This document shows, in pieces, positions 8,604 through 19,388 of a stretch of 64,000 nucleotides of DNA. Under the pieces are notes generated by a model, which was not told where the DNA came from, did not search any database, and saw only the letters and a program-made list of their open reading frames with translations. The translations under genes and the position numbers were made by a program. Source of the stretch: Candidatus Magasanikiibacteriota bacterium (lineage in GTDB: Bacteria > Patescibacteriota > Patescibacteriia > Magasanikbacterales > UBA922); NCBI GenBank assembly GCA_903837125.1, contig CAILTG010000055.1, positions 2,199 through 66,198 of the forward strand. The letters are read 5' to 3'. Position 1 is the first letter of the stretch; each line of letters begins with the position of its first letter.

Positions 8604-9284
8604 ATGAAAAAATATATCTATTTAATCTTGCTTCTACCAATAACTTTTTTAATGGGCTGCCAAAAAATAAACCCTTTAACTACCTCTACACCAATTACCA
8701 CTAACACCACAACCATGACTGATTTCGAAAATGAAACCATTCCTGAAAACAAAAAACAAACACCAACTGGAATAAAACAAGAAGTACCTCTAAACAACAC
8801 CTTACTTTACAAAGGATCTTGGTTTGATATTAAATATCCAAAAAACTTTACTCCGAGCCCTACAGAGCCACTACAAAATGAAGGTGACAACCAAAAAATT
8901 CTAGCCATTAGAACTAACGAAGCTTATTTTACTGCCCCCGACAAAGCAGTAGAATTTTTTGTCTTTTCACCTATTTGGGGTGGTAATCCAATTAATTATT
9001 TGCAAATTACCTCTGATGAGGAATTAGTGAGTGAAAAAACTTCTATGAGTGGACCAGACTCTAATAAAAAAATTATTAAATGGGTTACTTTAAAAGCCAA
9101 AGATAACACCTATTACCGTTCCTATGTATCTATAAAACAAAGAGACACCAGCAACACTTCTATTGATGATGAACCCGGTCTTCATTATGTTTTTGGCATT
9201 AAATACCAAAACCAAGAGACTTATCAAAAATATAAAAAAGCCTTTGAAGATTTCAAAAGCTCTTTGGTACAGTACGCTGATTAA
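8604..9284 (+). CDS. Hypothetical lipoprotein
   Basis: MKK + hydrophobic stretch + LMGC lipobox, Thr-rich linker, FDIKYPKNF motif reminiscent of PsbP-like folds. Confidence 0.7.
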   Translation: MKKYIYLILLLPITFLMGCQKINPLTTSTPITTNTTTMTDFENETIPENKKQTPTGIKQEVPLNNTLLYKGSWFDIKYPKNFTPSPTEPLQNEGDNQKILAIRTNEAYFTAPDKAVEFFVFSPIWGGNPINYLQITSDEELVSEKTSMSGPDSNKKIIKWVTLKAKDNTYYRSYVSIKQRDTSNTSIDDEPGLHYVFGIKYQNQETYQKYKKAFEDFKSSLVQYAD

Positions 9285-9330
9285 GCTAAAAATTAAATAT
9301 TAGAAATTTAAAAAATTCTTACCTACATAT

Positions 9331-12300
9331 CTAACTCTTAACCTCTTCACTAATTTTTTCAGCCTCACCTAATTTTACACTCAATAAATGGCTCACACCT
9401 TCTCCACCCATAGTTACCCCATACAAAGCATCAGCCGCATGCATGGTGGCATTATTATGAGTGATTAAGATAAATTGCGATTGCATGGCTAATTCTTGTA
9501 ATATTTTTGTAAACCGAATAGTATTGGTTTCATCAAGTGCTGCTTCCACTTCATCCAACACCACAAATGGTGAAGGATTCGTATGTAAAATTGCACAGAC
9601 CAAAGCAATAGAGGTCATCGTACGTTCACCGCCAGAAAGCATTTGAACATTTTTTATTTTCTTACCTGGTGGATTGGCAATTACATCAATTCCCATTAGC
9701 ATTTCTTGTTTTTTCTTTGGTTTTCCTTCACCAACTTCTTCAATCGCTATATCATTTGCAACACTTTGAACATCTCCAACATCTAAAACATTTTCTTCAT
9801 TTTCAATTTCCACCTCACCATACAATTCCACTAAATCAGCTTTTCCACCCTCAAATAAAATTGCAAAATAACGAGAAAATTCCTTGCGGATTTGCTTGAA
9901 GGCCTTATCACGAGTTTTTTTCATTATTTCATCTAATTCACCAATCATGGTTTCCAAATCTTCAATCGCCTTTTTTAAATCTGTTAATTGGGTAATTAAA
10001 AAGTCATGCCGTTCTTTGGTTACTTTATATTCTTCCACCACTTCTTCTTCAATTCCACCAATTAAAGACAATTGATATTTTAATTTTTGAATCTGCTGCT
10101 GAACCTCTGATAATTTATCAATAGCAACTTCCGGAACCTGACGACCAACCAGTGAGGACAAAGCTTCATGCATTTCCTGAAACACTTCGCCACCCAAATC
10201 TTCCTGCTTAGTAGAAAGTTTAGCCACTTCAATTTGTTTAATATTTTTTTGATCAACAATTAAATTTAACTTTTTCTGCTCGTCCTGCATGGCTTCCTGC
10301 AAAGCAAAAATACGCTGCTTTTTATTTTCTTCTTCCTGATTAAAATCATGAATTTTTTTCTCTGCTTGCGTTGATTTCTTTTCAATTTTTTCTAATTCCT
10401 TGTCCAAGTTTTCTTTTTGAATGGTTAAATCTTTCATGGCCAAATCATACTGGTCTGGACTCATGGAATAAAGCGACAACTCTTGTTCTAAAGCAGCCAC
10501 TTCTTTATCTGATTCCTGCTTTTGGCGTCCCAACAAATCAGCATGACTCGTGGCAATCTGAGCTTCTGCTTGCAAACTTCGCAAATTTTCTTGAGCTTTT
10601 TCATAAGTAATTTCTGATTGATCCAACTCTTTGCGCAATTCAGCCGCCTTTTCTTCTCCATTAAGCAACCCTTCCTGAACTAAATATGGCGCATTGCCCT
10701 GGGCAAAGCTTAAACCACGTTGTTTTTCAGCTCGACGATAGCCACCTTTCATACTACCCGAAACTTCCAAAATATCCCCCGCCAAAGTTACCATGCGCAC
10801 CCGACCAATGCCAATTTCCCGCGCCACTTCTATACTATCTACAATTAAAGTATTACCTAAAACATAAGAAAAAATATCGGCAAATTTACTATCAAATTTA
10901 ACTAATTCAACCGCCAAACCATGCACACCCTGACGATTTTTTAATTCAGCAATATCATTGGATAACATGCGTGGTTTAATTTTGCTCAGCGGTAAAAATG
11001 TAGCCACACCCAATTGATGCTCACGTAAATATTCTATGGCATTTTGAGCGGTACGGTCATGATCTACCACAATAGAAGACAAATTACCGCCAGCCGCAAT
11101 ATCTAGCGCCAACTGATATTTTTCAGCCACTTCGCCCAATTGAGCTACTGCTCCATAGATATTCCCCAATCTTTGTCGTTCTTCCAAAATTGCCTGTACT
11201 GCTTTTAAGCCTGTAAATTGAAAAAATGACTGTTCACTTTTTACCTGAGCCAACCGCTGTTCTAAATTAGCTAATTTACCACGCAATTCTGTTCGTGCCA
11301 CCAAAAGCTCCTCAATTTTCTGTTTTTGTTTAATAATATTATCTCCACTTTGATCGGCCATTTCTTCTGCTCGCGTTAATTCGGAAGTTAATTTGATTTG
11401 TTCTTTTTTTAAATCTTCAATTTTGTTTTGCAACCAACCAACATTTTGTTTACCAACTTTAGAATATTCAGCCTGCAATTTTCCGGATAATACTGCTTTT
11501 TCACGCTCCAAACGATTCTTTTCTTTTTGAATTTCTTGATAGGCGGCTTGTAAATTTTCAAAAATCCCCTGCCGTGATTCTTCTTTAGCTAAACCAGCCA
11601 ATTCCTCCTGCACGACTGTTAAATTTCTATTGACGGTTAAATATTCTAAATTAATTTTTTCCAATTCTAAACTAAGCTCATCCAATTGAGTTTGGTTATA
11701 ATTATATAATGTAGAATAATATTGTTCTTGAAATTCTCGCAGTTTTAATTCCACATCCTGACGCTGTTCCAATTTTTTTACTTGACGCGATAAAGTGCGG
11801 AGTCGCGGCTCCACTTCTTGCAACAACAATTCTGCTTGGTTAATGTTTTCTTTGGTGCGGTGAAGTTTTAAAGCTGCCTGGTGCCGTTTTATTTGAAATT
11901 CTTTAATACCAGTGGCTTCATCAAAAAAATCTTTTCGTTCTTGTGGGGTTTGCAGTAATAACCGGTCAATCATGCCCTGGCCAATAACACTGTACGACCC
12001 TTGGCCAAATTGAGCTTTAGCAAGCAATATTTGTAAATCAAGTAAACGAACTTCATTGCCATTCAAAATGTATTCACTTTCGCCCGAACGATAATAACGA
12101 CGAGTAATCACAATATCTTCATAATCCAAATTCAATCGATGGTCGGAATTATCCAAAGTCATAGTCACTGCCACCATGCCCATTTGGCCTTTGGCTTCAC
12201 TGCCAGAAAAAATAATATCCTCACCTTTTTTGCCACGCAAAGTTTTCATGCTCTGCTCCCCCATTACCCAACGAATAGCATCAGAAATATTACTTTTACC

Positions 12301-12423
12301 ACTGCCATTGGGACCAACCACTGCAGTTACAGAATTTTTCTTTTCTTTCGGTGGCAAAAAATCCAAAACAGTCTTTTGGGCAAAAGATTTAAAGCCATGA
12401 AGTTCAAGCGATTTAAGATACAT
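9331..12423 (-). CDS. smc: Chromosome segregation protein SMC (1030 aa)
   Basis: MYLKSLELHGFKSF, GPNGSGKSN, Q-loop IGQG, hinge (GVATFLPL, MVTLAGD...GSMKGG), LSGGE, LDEVEAALD; ATG 12423. Confidence 0.96.
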   Translation of the reverse strand: MYLKSLELHGFKSFAQKTVLDFLPPKEKKNSVTAVVGPNGSGKSNISDAIRWVMGEQSMKTLRGKKGEDIIFSGSEAKGQMGMVAVTMTLDNSDHRLNLDYEDIVITRRYYRSGESEYILNGNEVRLLDLQILLAKAQFGQGSYSVIGQGMIDRLLLQTPQERKDFFDEATGIKEFQIKRHQAALKLHRTKENINQAELLLQEVEPRLRTLSRQVKKLEQRQDVELKLREFQEQYYSTLYNYNQTQLDELSLELEKINLEYLTVNRNLTVVQEELAGLAKEESRQGIFENLQAAYQEIQKEKNRLEREKAVLSGKLQAEYSKVGKQNVGWLQNKIEDLKKEQIKLTSELTRAEEMADQSGDNIIKQKQKIEELLVARTELRGKLANLEQRLAQVKSEQSFFQFTGLKAVQAILEERQRLGNIYGAVAQLGEVAEKYQLALDIAAGGNLSSIVVDHDRTAQNAIEYLREHQLGVATFLPLSKIKPRMLSNDIAELKNRQGVHGLAVELVKFDSKFADIFSYVLGNTLIVDSIEVAREIGIGRVRMVTLAGDILEVSGSMKGGYRRAEKQRGLSFAQGNAPYLVQEGLLNGEEKAAELRKELDQSEITYEKAQENLRSLQAEAQIATSHADLLGRQKQESDKEVAALEQELSLYSMSPDQYDLAMKDLTIQKENLDKELEKIEKKSTQAEKKIHDFNQEEENKKQRIFALQEAMQDEQKKLNLIVDQKNIKQIEVAKLSTKQEDLGGEVFQEMHEALSSLVGRQVPEVAIDKLSEVQQQIQKLKYQLSLIGGIEEEVVEEYKVTKERHDFLITQLTDLKKAIEDLETMIGELDEIMKKTRDKAFKQIRKEFSRYFAILFEGGKADLVELYGEVEIENEENVLDVGDVQSVANDIAIEEVGEGKPKKKQEMLMGIDVIANPPGKKIKNVQMLSGGERTMTSIALVCAILHTNPSPFVVLDEVEAALDETNTIRFTKILQELAMQSQFILITHNNATMHAADALYGVTMGGEGVSHLLSVKLGEAEKISEEVKS

Positions 12424-12532
12424 AATTATGGCTAATATTATATCACCCTTGACATTTTTCATCAACTGAATTACAATGGTCTGTTCCTTAAACAAAATTC
12501 AAGATACATGGAATAACATACAAATTGTAATT

Positions 12533-13510
12533 ATGGAGCGTATTTCTAAACAAATCTACAACGAAATAATGAAGGCTAAAAATATCCTAATCGTCCCCCA
12601 TCAAAATCCTGATGGCGATGCCCTGGGTTCGGTTTCTTCGTTAGCTCACTACTTCAACCGTATTAACAAACCATATACGGTTTTTTGTGTTACCCCCATG
12701 CCTATAAATTTAACTATTTATCCGCACTTAATCCACCCTTCTTCAGCTGAGGCTATCTGGCAAGATAAATCATTTGACGTAATTATTGTCATGGATTCAG
12801 GAGATTTGAAATACGCCGGAATAGATAAACATGTGGCGAAATTGGAGCATGAACCAATAATTATTAATATTGACCACCATGCTACCAATCAAAAATTTGG
12901 CCATTATAATTTGGTAATGCCTTCGGCTTCTTCGGCCAGTGAAATAATTTACTATTTTTTTAAAAAAAATAACATTGAAATTGATAAAAAAATGGCCTCG
13001 GCCATTATGCTAGGATTAATTACTGATACGGAAAACTTTACCAATCCTGGCACCACGGTTTCTTCATTTACAGTGGCTTCTGACTTAATAAAAAAAGGCG
13101 CTAATTTTAATTTGCTCAAAAGTTTATTCTTAAAAAACAAAACCATTCCCGCGCTTAAACTTTGGGGTACAGTGCTTTCCCGTTTAGAAAAAAATCAAGT
13201 TTTAGATATTGTTTACACTTATATAACACAAGAAGATTTAATTTTAAACCAAGCCAGTGAAACTGAAATAGAAGGCATTACCAATTTTTTAAATAATTTA
13301 AATGAAGGCCGTGGTGCCTTAATTTTGAAGCAGCTAGAACCAGGAAAAATAAAAGGCAGCTTTCGTACCACCCGCGATGATTTTGATGTTTCGGCTATAG
13401 CCAAAATCTTGGGTGGCGGCGGACACAGAAAAGCGGCAGGGTTTACCATACCCGGTACCATAGAAGAAGCACTTAACAAAATCTGGGAAGAAATAAAAAG
13501 AACGGCCTAA
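12533..13510 (+). CDS. nrnA: DHH/DHHA1 phosphoesterase (NrnA-like oligoribonuclease/pAp phosphatase)
   Basis: HQNPDGDALGS, IDHH, GLITDT, GGGGHRKAAG; probable ATG 12533. Confidence 0.9.
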   Translation: MERISKQIYNEIMKAKNILIVPHQNPDGDALGSVSSLAHYFNRINKPYTVFCVTPMPINLTIYPHLIHPSSAEAIWQDKSFDVIIVMDSGDLKYAGIDKHVAKLEHEPIIINIDHHATNQKFGHYNLVMPSASSASEIIYYFFKKNNIEIDKKMASAIMLGLITDTENFTNPGTTVSSFTVASDLIKKGANFNLLKSLFLKNKTIPALKLWGTVLSRLEKNQVLDIVYTYITQEDLILNQASETEIEGITNFLNNLNEGRGALILKQLEPGKIKGSFRTTRDDFDVSAIAKILGGGGHRKAAGFTIPGTIEEALNKIWEEIKRTA

Positions 13511-13522
13511 GCCGTTCTTTTT
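13495..13522. terminator. Bidirectional terminator overlapping both convergent stop codons
   Basis: aaaaagaacggc-ctaa-gccgttcttttt. Confidence 0.8.
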
Positions 13523-16500
13523 ATTTATACAAAACTTCATCTTTAAAAGCCTTCAACATAACAATCAATGTTTGCCTCTCCTGGTAAGAAATATCTTCAA
13601 CTTTAAATTGAGCGTTATCGGCTTTATTTGTCCCCTCTTGTTTGGCTTGGTCAGAATACATTTCACTTAAAAATCTAAGTTTATAAGACATACTTAACAA
13701 CTGTTCACAAATATCAGCCTCATGCTCTGTTAAAACATTATTTTCCATTAAGAAATTTATTTTCCCAACCAAGCTTGCTGGCACTTCTTTTCCTTTGGCT
13801 CTATCTATTTTTCCCTCAGCAATTCCTGAAAATATTAAATAATCAACTTTCATCATAATAGAACGTTGCAAAGAAAATTTTATTCTCTCCATCATTTTTC
13901 CAGTAGAAACATCTTGATACAATTTTTCAAATTGATCTACATAAGCTTCTTTTCCGGGTTTACCAATTTCCAAATCTTTTTGAATAAACAATGGCAAAAT
14001 AGCCACTCTTTCATCATCTTTAAACAACAATTCTTTTGCTTTATCAGTTACACGTTGACCATCGGCAAAAAAAGGTTCTAAATCTATAACTGCAGTTGGC
14101 TCAACTGTTTGTTTACCAGTCCCATCGGCTTTAACTTTTAGTTGGTCTATTGCCGACAAAAATACCAAAGGTTTTTCATCTTTATTAGCCTTTCCAGCAT
14201 CAGCAATAACTTTTTTATCTGCCATTAAATCATTAATAATTACCTTTAAATAATTATTAACAAAATCCTCTAATTTTGATAGGAATTGTATTTTACCTTC
14301 TTCCTCAATAACTGTATCATCTACCAAAAGGTTATAGTCAATATCAGAACCCAAAGCTAATTCAACTCGTCCACCACTACCAGCGATAGCAGGAATAATA
14401 ATTTTTTTAAATTTTTCTAATAAATTAGGATCAAAAACATTACCACTCTCGGCAATAACCCAAGCATCAGCCCATAATCTTTTCATTAATTGTTTTTTTT
14501 GTTCAGTAAACAATTGAGCAATTTCTTGTAAACGCACCGTGATTAATTCAGATGAAGCTACTCTAATTTTTTCTTTTTCATCTGATCCTTTTGAATCCAC
14601 ACTTCCTGAAGAAATTTTAGTAAATAATGCTCTTAACTTTGACTCACTAAAAGGATCAACCAGATGTGCCAAAGCATTAATATATTTTTTAGCTTCCTGC
14701 TTAAAGACTTTCATTTCTTCATCATTTAATTCAACAAATTTTTTACCAAACAAAACATATGGTAATTGATGCTCAAAAAAATTGGTAATAAAATAATTTT
14801 CTTGCAATTCACGATCTAAACCAGAAACTTCAAATGAAGCACTTTCTCCTTTATTTACTTTACGATAAACTCTGTTAGTACCTTCAAAAATATCTTTCAC
14901 AGCCTTAAGCTTTATTTTACTTCTAGTACGACTTCTAATAAATTCCATTATCTCTTCAAAACTACTATCACGATACCATTCTAATGCAGCTTTTTCTTCA
15001 CTTTCCTTACCTTTTTCACTAGGCAATGGTCCTTTATTTAAATCATTACTACTCAAAAATGAAACTAAAACTACCAAATCTTCCTTTGATTCGCCACTTT
15101 GAATCGCCGCGACTGCTTTATCAATAACCATTCTATGCTTAGGACCTAAACCATCACTTTTATAATATTTATAAACACCATTAATTACTTCTCTAGGATA
15201 ACCTAACTTAGACAAACGATTATAAAACATTTTTAATTCATCAAATTCTTGTGGACTAAGCAACATCTTTCCTTCGGCATCCATAACATTAATATATCCA
15301 CCCCAAGTGGCAATATCCTTTTTTACATTATCAATAACCGATTGATTAGAAACTTTAATTACCACACCTGTAATCTCTGAACTCGGAATACCATCCAATA
15401 CCAACTCATGATCTTCACCAATTACCCCAGAATGCTTCGGTGGCCTTTTTTTACCACTTTCACTTTGTCGATAATTTGAATAGACAATGTGAATATCGCC
15501 ATATCCGTCAATATAATTTTTTAATTTTTTTAATCGATCCGAAAAATCAGGAGAATTATTTACGACTGTTACGCGTGACACGTCTGTACCCAGTAATCCA
15601 GAACCATCTCTTTTAGTATCTGGACCTAACAATTCTCCTGGTAAATTACCTGCTTCCAAAATAAGAGCCAAAGATTGCGACTTAGCCCCATGAGTAATTG
15701 CGGCAGTTTTATCCTCACAAGAAAGTAATAATTCTGCTGACGATTTTCCGGCCATCAAATCTTCATAAATTTGTCTATTTCTTTTATCGGCTTCAGCTAA
15801 AATTCTCTCAATTTCTTCAATTTTGCTTGTTTCGCCTTTTCTTCTTAAATTTCTTATTTCTCTTTCATTACCAGAAAACCGTACTACTTCTTGCACATCG
15901 GCTTGAACAATATCCCTTAATTTTCTTTTGAACTCGTCAGAAGTTGATGAGGCTCTTGTACTTTCAACCAATTCTTTATCAAAACATTCTTCTAAATTAT
16001 ACATGTCCAAAAATAACAAACGCTTTTCTGATTCAGAAACATCTGAAGAATCAAACATTCTTTTAATTTCTTGCAATTTTTTTGACATTTCAACCCGCAC
16101 AACTGAAAGAGGTAATTTTTTTTCAGCCAGCTGATTATAAAATTCAAACAACTTATTTATAATCAACCCTTTCATTACTCCCAATTTTTTTGGATCATGA
16201 AAAGTTCTGGCCACAGTAGGATTGAATTGTATAAACAATTCAATTAAACTATTCCTAGCTTTATTTAAAAGTTCTGACTCTTCTTGACTAATCTCTCCTT
16301 GATTCTTTTTCTGGTCCAACTCATCAATTTTTTTACCAATTAAAGTAAAAACTGCTTCACTAAAAACCAATCCTAATTTTAAAAATTTATTAAAATTGTC
16401 AACTAAACTTCCAAAATTATCTTTTAAACTTAAAAGATAACCATTAGAAAGTTCAGTAAAATTTATACCTTTAATTTCTACTTGTGAAAATTTTCTTAAC

Positions 16501-19013
16501 AAATCATAATCATTGGAGCCAATTATTGAAGCTAACAATTCATCCCGTCTTTCTGGATAATCTTCCGATACTAGGTGAATTAAATGCTTTAAATCATCAA
16601 CCCTAAATTTAGAATAATCAGTATTTTTTATCATTCTATCTACAGCCTTTTGTCTTTGTTCTGGTGTAGACTCAATATACCGTCCCCATACCGGTCTTCC
16701 TTCCCCTGTTTCTGAATCTGCTTCCATTCTGGCTAAATAACGGTCAAGTAATGCCAGTACTATTTTTGGGCCACCAATTGTTACAATTGCTTCCGATAAT
16801 TCTTCAATTTTTTCTTTGCTAACTTTATGCTTACCTAAAAATTCTAACCACCGAAGACCAGTAAATTGGTTCATTGACATTAGTTCATCAAGAGCTGCAG
16901 AGGCCTTTTCTCTAAGAATTGCTTCTAAAAGATCATCAAAAAACATATCTAGAGTATCACTCCTATACATAAAACCATTACTAACAAACTCAAGCAGTTG
17001 TTTAGCATGCCCAATTTTTAATAATTTTACTGCTAAACCATACACTTCAGGATCATCCAACTTTTTACCACTATTTATTAACTTAAAAAAATAATTTGAT
17101 AAAATATCCGGACTTCCTTTTTGCAATAAAACTTCTTCAATTTTTTGAAATCTCTGTTCCTTTGGTATCTTTAAAGGATCTAAACCTGTTAATTCTCTAT
17201 AAAATCTCAATTCCGCAATTTCTGCCTGAGATAGTATTCTACCTTCCTCAGAAGCTCCAATTCCATCAAAATATTCTATTCTATCATTGATTTGACTAAT
17301 CAAATTATAATTACGATCAACTAAAAAATAATCACCAAATATCTTATTGATACTTGATTCGGGCAACATTTTTCCCTCAATTACTGAACCTAACAGTATA
17401 GTTATTTCTCTTTCATAATCATCAGCCCTTGTTACATAACCGCAGACTATATTACTTTCTTTACCAACTTTTATTAATAAATCACTAATCCAATCTACAA
17501 AAATACCCTGCATTCTTTCTTTTCTTAATTGCGGATATTTGTTTGGATTTGAAAAATATTGTAAAAATATTTTTACGTCTTCTGCTATGTTGCCAGGATG
17601 TATTTCTCTTGATAATTGACCACTCAATACTTCGTAGGTTTGCTCGACAGTATAATCAAACAATTCTGGATTGGTAGCCATTACCAAAAAATTACTCGTA
17701 CTTTCTTTACATTTAACCAAAAAATTATCAACTTTTTCATCTGGAACCGGCTCATTGGGTGAAAGTCGCGAACTTCTTTGTTCTAAAGTTTTAACACCTA
17801 ATTTCAATTCTTCTTTTGTTAACTTAATAAAATTTAGAAATCCTCTAAGCTGATAATCAGATGTTACACTTAACAAAAGCCTTCTTCTACCGCTTTCATC
17901 TAATTTATCAATTAAATCTTGAAAAAGATTAGCATTATTAATAATATTTTCCGGATTTAGTTTTAAACAAGATTCAAAAAAAGTTTTTCTTTCTTCTTCT
18001 GAAAATAATTCGCTATTCAATCCATTTTCTGCATAACGCCTATCAAAACTATTGTCTACCGGTAAATAAGCCACAAAATCTCTTTTCATTGGATCATCTT
18101 TTAACTTATCAAACCAGACTCTAGCTTCTTGTGATAGTCGATTACGGTTGGAATGATTTGACCAGGTAGTTCCACGATAATTTGTAATATAGGGGGTGAC
18201 TAACAAATCTACATGCGAATTTAATTTATTTCCCAAATCATTATAAATTTCCCCCCATAAATTTCTCGATTCCTCACTACCATTTTCAATTCCGCCTGCC
18301 TGTTCTTTCTTTTTTAGTTCCAATTCTACCAAACGATCTTTAAACTTGTGTATTTCCACAGCCACCCAAATACAAGAATTAAAACCGCGTGCATTTGCAG
18401 GAAAATATTTCCAAATAGCCAACACTTGGTCTAAATCTTCCGCTGTAGGATTTTCCTTTTCAGCAAATGAATGAATATATTTTTCCATCAAAGTTGACAA
18501 CTCATTCAAAAAATAACCCCATTTATCTTCATCAGCCTTATTAGCACCAATATAATCCTTCACAATTGTTTCTAATTCTGCAATATTAGGCTTATCCTTT
18601 TTTCCGTCAAATTTTGATAATTTTCGTACCCGTCCCCTTAATTCTTTAATAACTACCGGACTGTCTTCTCTATCAAATTCTTTTCTTCTTTTTTCAATCT
18701 TTGCTTCTCTCATCAAAATAATTGGTTTTTTTAAAATTTTTAACAATTTTTCCATCATAGTTATTCTTACTTGAACAGCTTCTCTTCTTAAATCTGTAAG
18801 TTCTGCAATCTCCTGTGCCAATTCTGGGTCTGTCCCGATATCATCCATAACTTCAACAACGACTGCTTCAATAGCAGTAATTTCAGCATCAACCTTATGA
18901 GTTAATTCTTCTACCTTCAAATCACCATCTTCTACCGTTGGAGCGGTTTCTGAAGTACCAATTTGAACTTGTTCACTCAAATTTTTAGGTAATTTTTCGT
19001 CTTTACCAGGCAT
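13521..19013 (-). CDS. Giant 1830-aa protein: helical N-region, ART-like domain, C-terminal DUF294/GlnD-type nucleotidyltransferase plus substrate-binding helical domain
   Basis: AGSGGRVELALGSDIDYNLLVD (pol-beta NTase GS..R.E...SDxD); C-terminal KINFLMENNVLT...SYKLRF...ISYQERQTL; ITHGAKSQSLALILEAGNL...HELVLDGIPSSEI (ART-like, weaker). Confidence 0.75.
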   Translation of the reverse strand: MPGKDEKLPKNLSEQVQIGTSETAPTVEDGDLKVEELTHKVDAEITAIEAVVVEVMDDIGTDPELAQEIAELTDLRREAVQVRITMMEKLLKILKKPIILMREAKIEKRRKEFDREDSPVVIKELRGRVRKLSKFDGKKDKPNIAELETIVKDYIGANKADEDKWGYFLNELSTLMEKYIHSFAEKENPTAEDLDQVLAIWKYFPANARGFNSCIWVAVEIHKFKDRLVELELKKKEQAGGIENGSEESRNLWGEIYNDLGNKLNSHVDLLVTPYITNYRGTTWSNHSNRNRLSQEARVWFDKLKDDPMKRDFVAYLPVDNSFDRRYAENGLNSELFSEEERKTFFESCLKLNPENIINNANLFQDLIDKLDESGRRRLLLSVTSDYQLRGFLNFIKLTKEELKLGVKTLEQRSSRLSPNEPVPDEKVDNFLVKCKESTSNFLVMATNPELFDYTVEQTYEVLSGQLSREIHPGNIAEDVKIFLQYFSNPNKYPQLRKERMQGIFVDWISDLLIKVGKESNIVCGYVTRADDYEREITILLGSVIEGKMLPESSINKIFGDYFLVDRNYNLISQINDRIEYFDGIGASEEGRILSQAEIAELRFYRELTGLDPLKIPKEQRFQKIEEVLLQKGSPDILSNYFFKLINSGKKLDDPEVYGLAVKLLKIGHAKQLLEFVSNGFMYRSDTLDMFFDDLLEAILREKASAALDELMSMNQFTGLRWLEFLGKHKVSKEKIEELSEAIVTIGGPKIVLALLDRYLARMEADSETGEGRPVWGRYIESTPEQRQKAVDRMIKNTDYSKFRVDDLKHLIHLVSEDYPERRDELLASIIGSNDYDLLRKFSQVEIKGINFTELSNGYLLSLKDNFGSLVDNFNKFLKLGLVFSEAVFTLIGKKIDELDQKKNQGEISQEESELLNKARNSLIELFIQFNPTVARTFHDPKKLGVMKGLIINKLFEFYNQLAEKKLPLSVVRVEMSKKLQEIKRMFDSSDVSESEKRLLFLDMYNLEECFDKELVESTRASSTSDEFKRKLRDIVQADVQEVVRFSGNEREIRNLRRKGETSKIEEIERILAEADKRNRQIYEDLMAGKSSAELLLSCEDKTAAITHGAKSQSLALILEAGNLPGELLGPDTKRDGSGLLGTDVSRVTVVNNSPDFSDRLKKLKNYIDGYGDIHIVYSNYRQSESGKKRPPKHSGVIGEDHELVLDGIPSSEITGVVIKVSNQSVIDNVKKDIATWGGYINVMDAEGKMLLSPQEFDELKMFYNRLSKLGYPREVINGVYKYYKSDGLGPKHRMVIDKAVAAIQSGESKEDLVVLVSFLSSNDLNKGPLPSEKGKESEEKAALEWYRDSSFEEIMEFIRSRTRSKIKLKAVKDIFEGTNRVYRKVNKGESASFEVSGLDRELQENYFITNFFEHQLPYVLFGKKFVELNDEEMKVFKQEAKKYINALAHLVDPFSESKLRALFTKISSGSVDSKGSDEKEKIRVASSELITVRLQEIAQLFTEQKKQLMKRLWADAWVIAESGNVFDPNLLEKFKKIIIPAIAGSGGRVELALGSDIDYNLLVDDTVIEEEGKIQFLSKLEDFVNNYLKVIINDLMADKKVIADAGKANKDEKPLVFLSAIDQLKVKADGTGKQTVEPTAVIDLEPFFADGQRVTDKAKELLFKDDERVAILPLFIQKDLEIGKPGKEAYVDQFEKLYQDVSTGKMMERIKFSLQRSIMMKVDYLIFSGIAEGKIDRAKGKEVPASLVGKINFLMENNVLTEHEADICEQLLSMSYKLRFLSEMYSDQAKQEGTNKADNAQFKVEDISYQERQTLIVMLKAFKDEVLYK

Positions 19014-19017
19014 AAAA

Positions 19018-19197
19018 TTACTTTAAATCAATAATCTTTTTTAATACTTGTAATTGTAAAAGTAAACTTTTTTTATCATGGTAACGCTTTAAAATTTCTA
19101 ACTGTTTCTTTCTAATTTTGGTAATTTCCAAATCAAACCATTTTTCAAGGTCTTGAATCTTTTTTATCTGTTCTGGAGTAAGTTTCTTTTTAGCCAT
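19018..19197 (-). CDS. Small basic coiled-coil protein (59 aa; not in the ORF track)
   Basis: MAKKKLTPEQIKKIQDLEKWFDLEITKIRKKQLEILKRYHDKKSLLLQLQVLKKIIDLK*; stop is 4 nt before the 1830-aa ATG; extended -10 TGCTAAAAT just upstream. Confidence 0.7.
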   Translation of the reverse strand: MAKKKLTPEQIKKIQDLEKWFDLEITKIRKKQLEILKRYHDKKSLLLQLQVLKKIIDLK

Positions 19198-19388
19198 AAC
19201 TGCTTATATTTTAGCAAAAAATAGGAAAAAAATAAAGAGGATAGACTAAACTTATAAATTAACTAAAATTGACAAACAGACATTTACACAGGTTGAAAAA
19301 AAATACATATTAAGGTAAAATTAAGACTAAAGTAAATTAATTTACAAAACCTTAATCTCAGCCCTAATTCCTAATAATTACCAAAAAT

